From NCBI GenBank assembly GCA_043228905.1, contig JBHGNT010000003.1, positions 20,398,001 to 20,462,000 of the forward strand: 64,000 nt of DNA. The letters are read 5' to 3'. The DNA comes from Azolla caroliniana. Its lineage: Eukaryota > Plantae > Polypodiophyta. The notes under the pieces are model-generated. The model saw only the letters and a program-made list of their open reading frames with translations. It had not been told where the DNA came from and ran no database searches. Position numbers and translations under genes: made by a program. Shown in pieces: positions 49,991 through 62,100 of the stretch (its first letter is position 1; each line of letters opens with the position of its first letter).

Positions 49991-52900
49991 TTGATGTACT
50001 TGACCATTGCGCGTTAGTGTTACCACCTGCCCAACCGTCCGTCAATTTCTAGCTCCTCACCTACATGCCAGATGCATCACTTCGCCCCGTTTCATCATGA
50101 TTCCCGCTCGAAATATGTGCACAACCTTGTTGCTTTGCTTGACATCAGGGGGGGGCACGTAATCTTCTTGACCACATATGCAGATATTGTCGCTTCGACA
50201 TTGGGGCTGCATTAACCCACGTCGCCTCGCAAACCCTCACACCCACCCACATAATTTGCTCGAGATGGGTTTGACCCGAGGGTGGGAAATACACATGTGC
50301 CCCCCCCTACATTATTTTCTCGAGTACCAGAAATGTTACCCCGCTTGTTAGGGGTAATTTTGTGTACTTCTATGCAATCAATAATTGCATCAAGACCGAT
50401 GTGTTGCTTGAAAGGTTGATCGATACTCCCTAATCATTTGCAAATTACACTATTCACCATTTATAATAAGTATAGTGTTAATAAATGTATTCAACTTCGT
50501 CACTAGTGTTTTTGTAATAATTACGAATTGTAATTTGTGTTCCTTAAAATTATTAAGCATTGGTGGCATTAGTGTTACTCGTGATCATTGACATCATCAT
50601 TAATAATAATATTATTATTATTATGACAAGTAGCATGGGGGTAGTGTTAATCATAATATGTAACGTTGCGGTTAGTGTGCTAATTAACATTTACCTTGGT
50701 ATTAATTACAAAGATAAATTTTCCTTGATCACCTATATTTCCCTTTCCCCTTATGTAATTAAGTGCAGCCTAGTAAATTTTAATTAATTAACCCCCAATT
50801 AAAGATGCATCCTACAAAAAGCGTCCTACTAATGCTTATTGCTCCTTGTGCACATCAATTGGTTGAAAATCAAGCATCATGTTATGTTCCAAGTCAAATT
50901 CACTCATGCTATTTGATTACAAGCACGATCACATTGTCAAAAAATGCATACGATGATGTGCTCTATGGTGTTAAAGTTGTTTGATAGTACACAATGGCTT
51001 GAAACATATGAACACATCGAAATTCATGTATTTACAATGTGTGTTGGGTCGACATCACTTGAGTAACATGTTAGACAACAAACATATTTATAAGATTAGA
51101 GAACTTCATCACTAATTATGTAGAACAATAAATATGACATTTCGTGACTCTATGTCAAATCACATGTTGCCTACACTTCCTATCGAATTAAAGAATATGT
51201 TGTAGAACACTGTTTGTTGTTGTTGTGTGGAAACAAGTGATCTTCATAATAGTCGCGGCGATTATGATCAAGATACTCTAATGCAAACATTCATGACCCA
51301 ATATATGTGTTAGATAGTAGACCCCTCTATGCATATATGGGAGTTGAACAACTATAGTCCAACCATTTTGTTGGTTATTCAAGACAATCCTAACACCTAC
51401 TAGCTTGACATTGTGATGGGTTTGTGCTTAATGCTTGCCCATTTTAACACAACTTCCACCCAATTAATGCATAAACAAGCTTGAATTGTATTTCTTCCAC
51501 TGATTTCATAAGCATCATTGATCATTTTAAATTGTATTATTTTTATTACAACCTTCACTAGACAAATGTTTTTGTACAAATGATTGTTTTATGAGACATA
51601 TGTATTCGTTCATATATTACTTACATTACAATGCATGCATTCGGAAGTTTTTGAAATGATACCCATGTACCCTTTTGTAAAACTATATCACAATAATGCA
51701 TGCAACATTTATGTGGTGCATTGTATGCCACCTAACAAAGAAATCTATGAACATAAAGACGACAATCATTCTTCTCGTTAACAATTCCAAACTCCTTAAG
51801 AAACAAAGAGAAAGCTAGTGCTTACTAATGGAAAATGTGAATAGATGGTGTCTCCATATATTTCAATGTATTTAAGTTATGATTCCTATAAGTACAAATT
51901 GGATCAAAGGGGAACGATTGTTCCAAACCGTCGTCTAAATAGAAATAGGAAAATCGCAATAATACTTCTACAAACCTTGGTTGCTAATATGTTATCACAA
52001 GCTTTAATGGTGTGGTAATCCATAAAAGAATGTTTTTTGTTTCTTGATAATATTAAAAGAAGTTGAGGCTAATAACAAATCACTAATGTTATGCTAAATG
52101 ACTATTGTCCTTACATGGAAACCACAAAAGACAAATATATTTATCAATATCAAGTGGATGAATATTGTCGCAACACAATATAATTTAATTGAACAAAACG
52201 TGGAAAGGAAGTCCAAGTAACTACATGGTCTACTTATCTGACAACATCGACAAGAGATATTGATTAGACAAATATTCTGGAATAATGGCGAGGACAAAAC
52301 CAGAATTGTTGTTAACCTTCCTTGTATATGATAACTCTAAACTCTACAAAGATTAACAAGGTAGTTGTGTGTTTCTCAAATAAATAAGATCTTATTTGGC
52401 TATAACCCCAAACTCAAGTTCATAAGGTCGCAAAAAAGGTAACGCGAATACTAAATGTGAAGGAGATGTAAATAATTTATGAATATTTGAGATTTGGGTT
52501 GTATAAATAACTTATCCATTTCACATTACTCCAAGCTACAACTATTTCTTGCTCAACAATTTTAATAGAATTACAAGACCACCACTCTTAAAAAGAAAGG
52601 AACAATCTTATACTAAAAGTTTGTAAATCTCTCTCATCTCCTAGTGCACTCGCATTTCAACGACAATTAATATATACATACATTAAATATACTTCATTGA
52701 TCATTCAGTTAAAAATAAAACAATATGTTAACTCTCATTCTTGGATCCTTATTTAAAGTAAGTTTGATGATTTGTCATGAAATTTGTAGGTGATGCTCTT
52801 GGAAGATAGAATAATAGGATAAAGTCATCCTTGATGGAATCAATGGCAAATCAAGATGGAAAGTATAAGTTTTTCTATTCAGCTAAGATTATATAGAATT

Positions 52901-53719
52901 GCAAGTTCATATCTACAAGGAAGTATGAGGTGATATGTCATTATAAAAAATAGTAGACTTACGAAAATTACATATAACTCTAGAGTCCAAGTCAATGTCG
53001 ACATTCGCCATGAAATCAAGAAGTTTGATAATATTACTTGTGAAGAATCATAATTTTGCAAACCAATATAGCAACAAAGCTCTGATCGTGATAACATTTG
53101 TTATTGTGCAATCTGCTAGTGACGAGAAAGTTCCACGCCATAGTACTATATTTGAGGAATTATCTATGATTGCATGAACGTCGATGTCCATCCTTACACG
53201 TGATGCGCCCACAAAACCGGAAAATATGGATCTAAGATTCATAAGTGTTTTCTCGTGACAATTCATTTATTGTATTTTCTCGTACATAGTTTCTTTGGCT
53301 TTGAATGGTATTGTTTCAAATTATTAGAGACAATGTTCAATTTCCTTATTATTTTCTTTAAATTTATTGAATTCCTTCTTCATTTTGACTATTCTACTAG
53401 TAGTTGCTCCACTACATCACTCTCTATCTCAAGTTTGTGTGTGCATTGTCTTCTTTAGAGTACAACATTATCTTCAAACTCTTCTTCTCCTTTTGAAGCA
53501 TGACAAATCGAACATGTGACACCAATCCATTTATCGAGAGTAATAACCATTACGTGCCATCTATGTATGACCTTCTTAACATAATCCTACTATAGTAGAA
53601 CCAATAGAAGTTAGTATGGAGTTTCTACCATATGTAGAGATTGGACAAATAGTGAGTTTAAGACACACATGTTAGTTATACAACCAAGTTACCAACCATG
53701 AGATAATAGGATAGAGCAA

Positions 53720-55620
53720 ATGTATTACCATCCATAATAATGCCAATTTGACCTATTGGTTCAAATTAACGTATCATATTGTATGTGACTCCTTCCTAAG
53801 AAGTGGTTATTACTCTTTAATAAAAAAAATCTCAATGTGAAAAAATGCATGCACATATGTGTTCATCCTTCTTGGTGGACATTTGAATATGTCATTTGCA
53901 TTATCATGCCCCTCTAACAAGTCTTCATATTTTTTGCAAATTACCTTATAGGTTGAGCATGTGATAAGTAAATAATATTCACCCCCTGATAGGTTTTCGT
54001 TGCATACGTTACATATCTTTATATTTGAGAAATGATGGTATGATGGTACCTCAACACCTAAATTGCGTGATCGAGTTTGATGAAGTGTTAAGGCTCTCGG
54101 AGAGCCAAGCCTCATGGGGGTAGTGAGATGAGATTCTTGGTGGACATTCGAGTGTCATGTACATAATCATGCCCTTCTAACAAGTCATCATATTTCTCAC
54201 AAATTACCTTATAGGTTGAGCACGTGATAAGCCAATGATATTCACCCTCCCCTAGGTTTTCACTACATACCTTACATTATCTTATTTGAGTGATGATGGC
54301 ATGATGCTACCTCAACACCTAATTTGTACGAGTGACTTTGAAGAAGTATTAAGGCTCTCAAAGAGCCAAGGCTCGTGAGGGTAGTGAGGTGACATTGGAT
54401 ATATTCTAACATGTTTACATTGAATTGGGGTCAATATTGGGGGTTACCATATGCATTGTAATATTCCAAATTTGACACTTTAATTGTAACCTCAAATAAT
54501 TTAACCTCGATGATCACGTACTTCATAGCATCACATGAGAGCTACAATAGATCCTTTACTCCCCATCTCTTTAATCGTTAAACAATGTGAAACACCCAAC
54601 CATATGTGTTTGCTCTTATTAGTTGATTTACCTTGCATCCCATGTTCTAAGATTATTTTGGTAGTCTATGATCAAGCATTATTCATGACTTTTGTGATAT
54701 ATTTGTATACTCTTTGCATGGTTAGTACCTCTATGGGTTGAGTACCTGTTTCCAATAACATGATAGGATAGGATGTTGGAGATTTTAACCCCCGATTGTC
54801 TAAATAAAAATGATTTTTAGGATTTTATCTATTTAATTCCATGCACTAAGCGAGATAGTGTCACCCCACACTTCCATGCTATAAAGCAACACCACTCAAG
54901 ACTACTATAACATTGAACAACATCAATTTCATTTCCCATCCTCAAGTATCACTCTGGTTGCATTCATTCTCAACCATATAATAACTATTCTATCATGTTT
55001 TAAGCCTAGACCCATAACCGACATTCCACCTATTTGTTGTTGGGACATTAATACCAAGATATTTGAAAATTTGCACCACTTGTATTCGTTCTCCCTTATA
55101 TGTAAAAGTGGGCTAGTGTCTATCACCTTCATTGCTATCATTTTTGTTTTGTTAACATTAATAATTAGTCCAATACTTCAATTAAGTGTTTCATATCATT
55201 CGAATTATCGACCATAAAACAATATCATAGGCATATAAGAACATGAAAATAAGCTCATGCGTGAGTTTTGGGTCATCCAACATTTTTGCTTTTGCAACCT
55301 TGTTTACTATTTCTTCAAGTGAAAAGAGTTCCAAAGAGAGTGGGGCCCCTTGCTTGATCCCCATGTTTCTCAAAAAGGACTTTGAGAAAGCACTACCCAT
55401 ATATAATGTTAGGGCTTTCTCATATTTATTTTTTGTGAGCTTAAATATTTCGAGATGAGCCACGCCTTCTTCATCAAATTGACATATGAAACCAAAAACA
55501 TTATATTTCACATAATACATGTGAAAGTGTAGGGACTCTTGATGTTCAATAACTTTACCAATGAATGTTCTGATTGAGAGTGCACGTTGTGATTGGGAGA
55601 GAAATTCATGCAAGGATTAG
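53720..55620 (-). mobile_element. Third, longer degraded copy of the same LINE family, with RT core remnants and an internal duplication of the zinc-finger region
   Basis: GIKQGAPLSLELF and FLYAYDIVL correspond to the RT motifs QG.PLS and YADD. The C-terminal motif reads CNVCNE...YYLLITCSTY. The 3' end (CCATCCATAA..GCCAATTTGACCTAT; CTCCTTCCTAAGAAG) matches the copy at ~35780-35860. Segment ~53900-54130 is repeated at ~54165-54390. Confidence 0.85.
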
Positions 55621-55990
55621 GTTTGGTTGGAGATGAAAGTGGAAAGCATAATCAAATATGATCAAAGGCAAAGCATTGTACCAAAGTGTGATACCCAAAC
55701 TCCCGAACTTGTTTCAAGCAAAGTGAGTATAGTCGTCGACCACTTGTGGCCCAATGCCCCATTTCACATTGCAATGTTTATGAGCTAAGTTGCACAAAAG
55801 CAATGGTTTAGATGATAAGCATTGGGATGGGCTCTAACATGTATGGATGTGTTCGAATATGGTTTTGTAATTAGGTGCAACATCTATAGTATTCAACAAC
55901 CATTTGGATGTAGTTCCATCAAAGTCTATGTGAGGGACTCTTTTGAACCTTTAGAGAGAGAGAGAGAGAGAGAAAGAAAAAGAGAACCGA

Positions 55991-56178
55991 GATGGACATA
56001 GCTCAGTTGGTAAGGTCGCCCAATGGAGACCAGGTGTTCATGGTTTCAACCCCTACATTCCATAGTGGCATCTAGTGAAATAAGAGATATCATGGAGTAG
56101 TAAAGAGGTGAGAAAATTGGGTTTCGAACCCAAGATGTAGTGCTAGTAGTGTAAACAACTTACCACTAGGGTAAGCTA
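55991..56178 (+). mobile_element. tRNA-derived SINE-like repeat, copy 1
   Basis: A-box TAGCTCAGTTGG (55999) and B-box-like GGTTTCAACCC (56042). A second A/B-box pair lies on the opposite strand at the other end. The unit is repeated nearby and is preceded by (GA)n. Confidence 0.65.
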
Positions 56179-56204
56179 ATTACAACAAAAAAGAAAGGGT
56201 TATT

Positions 56205-56377
56205 GTTAGAGTTGCACAATGGAGACCACAAGTGGTCATAGGTTCAACCCCTACATTCCACAATGGCATCTAGTGAAATAAGAGATACCTATGGAATAAT
56301 AGAGAGGTGAGAAAATTGTGTTTCGACCCCAAGATGTTGTGTTAGTAGTGTAATGACTTACCACTAGGGTAAGCTAG
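56205..56377 (+). mobile_element. tRNA-derived SINE-like repeat, copy 2 (A-box eroded)
   Basis: Collinear with copy 1: CAATGGAGACCA, GGTTCAACCCCTACATTCCA, TGGCATCTAGTGAAATAAGAGATA and CTTACCACTAGGGTAAGCTA. Confidence 0.65.
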
Positions 56378-57084
56378 CTAATTACAATGAGATCGAGATC
56401 TATCTATATATCTATCTATCTTTGCCCAGATGGATAAATTAAGAAAAAAATATAGGTTGTGATAGAGAGGCATGGAAGTTGAGCATTGAACCCAAGGCTT
56501 GGGATTGATGCTACAATATAAACCATTGGACCAAAATGTAGAGAGAGAATGAGAGATTATATGCGAATGTGTTAATTTAATTATCAATGATTAATATGGC
56601 AATGCAAATACAAAACTCCCAAGAACATCTAGGGCCATATACCGATATTGGAACCTAAAGAAGCATACATATTCAATAAATTGAATCACAATGTAAATAC
56701 CTAGCCTTCAAGCTTACATTAAACTTGGTATTACAAGTGAAAAACAAGTTATCACTAGAATTGGAAGTAAAATATGATTGGCATAGGTAGATATATGGCG
56801 GAATTACATAAAAACTAGACCACCCTTGATCTCACTATTCTTCCTTGAATTTGGAGATGACTTTTGATGGTAGACATGGAATGGAGTAAACGCATACATT
56901 AGAATGTTGAAAAGCACACTTATGCAACATATGTGGATGCTAGCTCATGTAGGGATTGTTTCTTGTTAAGTATTCCATTTTTTTGATGGGCTTGGGAAAT
57001 GTCCCTCTACCTATGTAAGGAGGGGGGCAACAATACTATATTGTTTTTACATACAAATAATTTAACTATATGATTTACTAGAGA

Positions 57085-57272
57085 GTGTGTTATAGCTCAA
57101 TTGATAAGGTTGTTTGATGAAGAAAAGAAGATTATGCATTCTACCCCTACATTCCACAATGGCATCTAGTAAATCAATGAAAAAAATGCATGATGTAATA
57201 TAGGGACGTGTAAAAATCAAACCTTAACCCTAAGGCCTTGTGTTGGTAGTATAACAATTTACCATTAGAGAA
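57085..57272 (+). mobile_element. tRNA-derived SINE-like repeat, copy 3 (diverged)
   Basis: TAGCTCAATTGATAAGGT, ACCCCTACATTCCACAATGGCATCTAGT and TTACCATTAG are collinear with copies 1 and 2. Confidence 0.55.
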
Positions 57273-58249
57273 GAGAGAGAATTAATCTCTAATTATGATA
57301 GAGGGAGAAATGAGATAATGAATACATGCCACCCAAATGATTTAGATTGCATCATAAATCCAACAAACTTCAAGTAGTTATACATATCCAAATCATTTTT
57401 AGGTTTTCGGGAGCTTGCATATATATATATATTTAAATCTATGGTACTTCAAAGTGTTTACTTTGAATCCAATTCGCTTACGAGGATTTAACTACATAAA
57501 TCTAATTTATAACAATAAACTTAATAAAGAAACCTTTACTCTCGAATACAACTACAATAATTAAATGTCCATTGCAAGGACCATATCATGCAATCAGGTT
57601 AATGGCTATGAGAATAGCATCTTCACATGAATTGGAAGTGAACGCCTAATCAAATAGCAAAAAATAATGCATGTGAAATAGAAAAAAAAGCTAGGAACAA
57701 TAGGATTACCAAACTTCAGGTTATTTTTAACTACATTCATCTTTATTTGTGAAGCTTATCGAAGGGTTGATAAGAAATCATCAGCTTGGTCTTTTTAAGT
57801 TCTTGAACACGCATTGCAAATTTCATAGGTTGGCACATTAAACACTCATTATACCACCATAATTTGGATTAAGTTTGTCATACCATCAATAATTCTTTGG
57901 CTTAGCATATATAGGTTTTAACACATGAAAGTAGATGAGATGTGACTACAATTATTTCCAAAACATAGGAATAAACAAAGCAACTTCAGTCATTTACTTC
58001 TAGGCTTGCACATAATGACCTAGAATGAATTGAGATGAGCCAACCACTCATTTCTGAAACATAAGAATGGACAAAGTGATACGTTAGTTTACATATAGGC
58101 TTCTCGCACATACCTCCAATGAAAAGTACTTTCCTGTCAAAGAGTATGTAAACCAAGTTCATATATTTGGAATCCATAGCTACTAATGCTATACAACTCA
58201 ATCAATAAACATATACTTTATCCCTGTTGATAGTCTTTCAGTAAACATC

Positions 58250-58400
58250 ACATCATACTTACCAGAAAATATATAATTTATTAATTTTGATACTATTTCA
58301 CTAAGTATTGTATCATACTTGCGAAACCAGGAAATATATGCTTTATTAATTTTGATACTATTTCACTAAGTATTATATCATACTTACCAGGAAATATACA
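58250..58400. repeat. Tandem repeat, ~2.3 copies of about 60-65 bp
   Basis: ATCATACTT..CCAG.AAATATA..TTTATTAATTTTGATACTATTTCACTAAGTATT is repeated. Confidence 0.8.
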
Positions 58401-59176
58401 CTTTTACATTAAGCGCTGTGTACTTGCCAACAAAATCTCCATTATATTGCATTCTTATTTGTTACAAAAAAAACAAAGGAAAAAATGCATCAAATCAATT
58501 TAGGGTTTTCCAAATTACAAACTCCCTTAGATTATTAATCCTTCTTAACAATGTTTGTAGTTTGGTTATCAAAGCACCAAACCTGATTTGTATATATAAA
58601 CTCAATTTGGATATTACATAATGTAAGGAGACTACACAAAAGTCTATCGATGTACCTGGAAAAGATAATTGATCCAATGCTGTAGTAGAAAACTAAAAAA
58701 GAGTCCATCTACCACTCACTTTCATGTACACCAAACTTGAAGCTTCTACAACAAAGAATTTGAACACTCTCGATGACTTTTGAGAGAATACCAGGTAAGT
58801 TGTGTTTTAAAAATACGATTCCGTTTCTACATAATATAATCTCATGTGTGGATAGTTTCCCCCAGGATGTTTTATGAGCTACTTTGTAGTAAGAAGAGTG
58901 CTTTGCCTTTATTACGAGACAAATTCACACATTGGTCTTTTTTTCTTATCAATCTAACGTTTGGACAGGTTTGTAGTGATGAGTTAGGTGGAACAAGGGA
59001 GCACTTGAAGTCACCTCCACTTTTATCCGGAACATCCCTTCTCATTTCATAGAGAAAGTGCCAAAAATAATAATCATGTGCTTATTTTAGAAGCAGATTT
59101 GAGGATCTCTTCTCTGTAACACCTTCTTGGCCTCAACAAAAACCAGAATAAGCTCTGAATAAAAATACATGAGTAA

Positions 59177-62100
59177 TCAAAAGAGAATCGACTTCATAAT
59201 GAGTAGAAAGATCATGAAGATACAAAGGCAGATGAGAATCATCACACATAGCACCATGCCCCCTTGCTTTTGGGTTCTTTCCGCCTGTATAGACCCACAC
59301 AAATTTTATACGTTAATTTATACAAAGTTTTTTTAAGTTTAGTCCTTCAATGAACTATTAATCATCTCAATATATTGGATGCAAATTACTACAAAGTCTC
59401 AGTTTCAACCCTACACAGTCTACAATATTTGGATGTAAGTTACTGCCAATGACTTTTAAGTTTGATCTATTAAATGGCCTCAATTGAGGATAGTAATTAA
59501 TGAGGACTTGAAGTTTTGATGCTACATGATCTATTAGTATAATCAATTTTTTGATGTTAATTAATTTGAGGCTTTTTAGTTTAGAATCCTATATGATTGA
59601 AAATAATAGACTCTTTGTAGCTTAGAGCTTTTAAAAATGGAAAACAATTTTTTACCCTTTCCAATTGCTTCACTCCTTGTTCAACTGATGATGCAACATT
59701 TTGTATATTGTAGTCTATACGATCAACGATTGTTCCCTAGAAGTAGCACCAAAAATACAATAAGATAATTCATTTTAGAGAAATTGTATTCAGCAAAAAC
59801 ATAAATTTACTACCTGGTCTATCACCAACACAGATAAGTCTTTCATAATCTGTGCTAAATCATTCACTGACTCCACTATCTGTCTCACAAAATAAAAGAT
59901 GCAACAAAACATCAATATTATAATTCAGTGTCATACATACCATTGGGTGTTGAAGAGAGATCACAGTTTTGAGAGGGACGTAACTTTTTAACATAAAAAA
60001 ATGATATGCATGCAACATTGTCTGACTATGAGAAATAACGAACTAATAAGAGACACAGAGAGAGACTTGTACACGATGGCAAAATGTAAGGTACCTGAAT
60101 GATTTCCTTTTCTCGTTCAGCTGCTTGAGTATCCAGCCTTTTCACTTGGGACAAGTGTTGCCTGCTCTCAAACCTCTGTTCCTATATCATCACAAAGATG
60201 TCAAAATACAACCCAGAAACTGAAAGATCTATCATATTGGTAAGGAAAAAATTTATGCTTATTTTTGTAAAAAGAGCATTTGAATCCTACCTGTATTCTA
60301 TAGTGTATGAAAGTAAGATATTTAAAACACAAAACAGAAACTGAAGCTAAAATTTTATCGCCTATGCAATCATAAAGTAGTTCCCATCTCATGCCAACTT
60401 TTCTCTTATCAGTTGCAATGAGGATTTTAACATTATTCTGTAACAATATTGTAATTTGTAATCATTTAACATCAAACGAAAAAATTACAACAAATTAGAA
60501 ATATCTCCATGAGAAGATAACAGATATTAGATAGTTCTGGGCAGTATATGATTGATGCTTCCAGTTTCCAGCAGCAATCTGTTGTTGTGTGCAAGTATTT
60601 ATTATGCAATCACGATATTCTAACCAAGTTTTGTTCTCTTACACTAGAAAAGTAACACCAGGAGCTCTGAAGCATCATATGCCTTTAGGATATTCTCCTA
60701 TTCCAACACGGATTGGTACCATTTTTACTATAGGCAGTTAAATTCTTGTGCAATTATTAAGCTTGTCACACTAATAAAATATGCTCTTCTAACAGTATAC
60801 CTATTATATGCCAGAGAATCAAGTGGAATCATACCAAATCGTCATTGTCATCAATGAGGATAGATCTATGACCGTTCAAATCTACACCCAGGTCAGCTCC
60901 TGATGGAGTCTGCAAAGAAACCTCTGATTCAAAGATCACATACCCAACATATAAATACAACGGACTAGTAGACAACCAAAAATAGAGCAAGGATATACAT
61001 CTTGTTGTTGTCGCAATCTTTCCAAGTACCCCTTCTGTTGTTTCCGAAACTCCATGGACAAAGATTGGAGATTAGTTGCTAAAGACCTCTGTTAGTAAAC
61101 AAACTTGTAGATGTAAGGAATAAGAATATTTACGAAAGAAAAAGAAAAAGGCAGACAAGGGTCTGATCCTCACCTGAACATTTTTCCTTAGGTTTGCATC
61201 TTCACCAGTGTCAGACCCAACAGATAACCGCTGAAGATTTTTTTCGCACTTCTTCAACTGAGTTGTGATTTCTCGGGTCAGTGATTCTATCATCTGCTGC
61301 TCCCCCTTGTTGTCACCAAAGATGGGCCTTAATGCCTTTGCATGGGCCTTCACCAACTCGTTCATTCTCGTGCGGGCTCTTTGCATGTCATCTGATATCT
61401 CTTCTGAGATGTCCACCCATGCAGGTGGCAAACCCACTGTGACAGCTCCTGCCCTACACCGATTGTATTTTTCAAAAACATAAAATAAGATATGGTATAT
61501 GATCTAACAAAACTCTTGATCATGTGCTAAAAGCTCCAGTTGCATTCCCATTAAAGCATATTGGAATGCATATTCCATGTTCAATGCATATACTGTTATC
61601 TTTTTGCCGTGTCTTGAGGATAGTGGAAACATGTGTTTGGTTTGGTATAAGAATTATGATTCACAAGCCAATGACTACTCAAAATGTTCAAATACAGCTC
61701 ATCTATCAAAGAATTCAGTGTTTCCCTGTTTTTAAGCAGCGAAATTTAGAGCCACATTCCACTATAATTTATTGGATTTAAATAATTCTACTAAATCATT
61801 AGACACTCTTTAAAAAAAATCATGTCTCCACAAGTCTTGATGTTGAGATGCCAGCTGTGAAACTTGCTTACCCTAGGGCCTTAACACACAAATGTTTACC
61901 GTAATGCAGATCTCTAAGGAATCACTTGGAAACAGTTGTAACTGCTTCCTTTGTCGTTCAAATCTTGCAGCTCCTGATGACTCCATAGGTCTTCAACAAT
62001 TTAGCTTCTTTCACTGCACCTCGACCACCTGGACAAGCCAGACAGGACTATTTTATCCTTTTCTAACTGTCAATTGTCCTCACTTCGTCCACCTTCCAGT

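Noticed and set aside
49850-50052. IRON MAN/FEP-like Asp-rich peptide next to BTS
   Set aside because: The Asp/His/Met runs come from an (ATG)n microsatellite with frame breaks. The only small ORF (MMINDHHHHELD...PPAQPSVNF) lacks the C-terminal GDDDD...APAA motif.
55991-56065. Functional tRNA gene
   Set aside because: A and B boxes are present, but I cannot fold a convincing acceptor or anticodon stem, and the sequence is part of a longer repeated unit.
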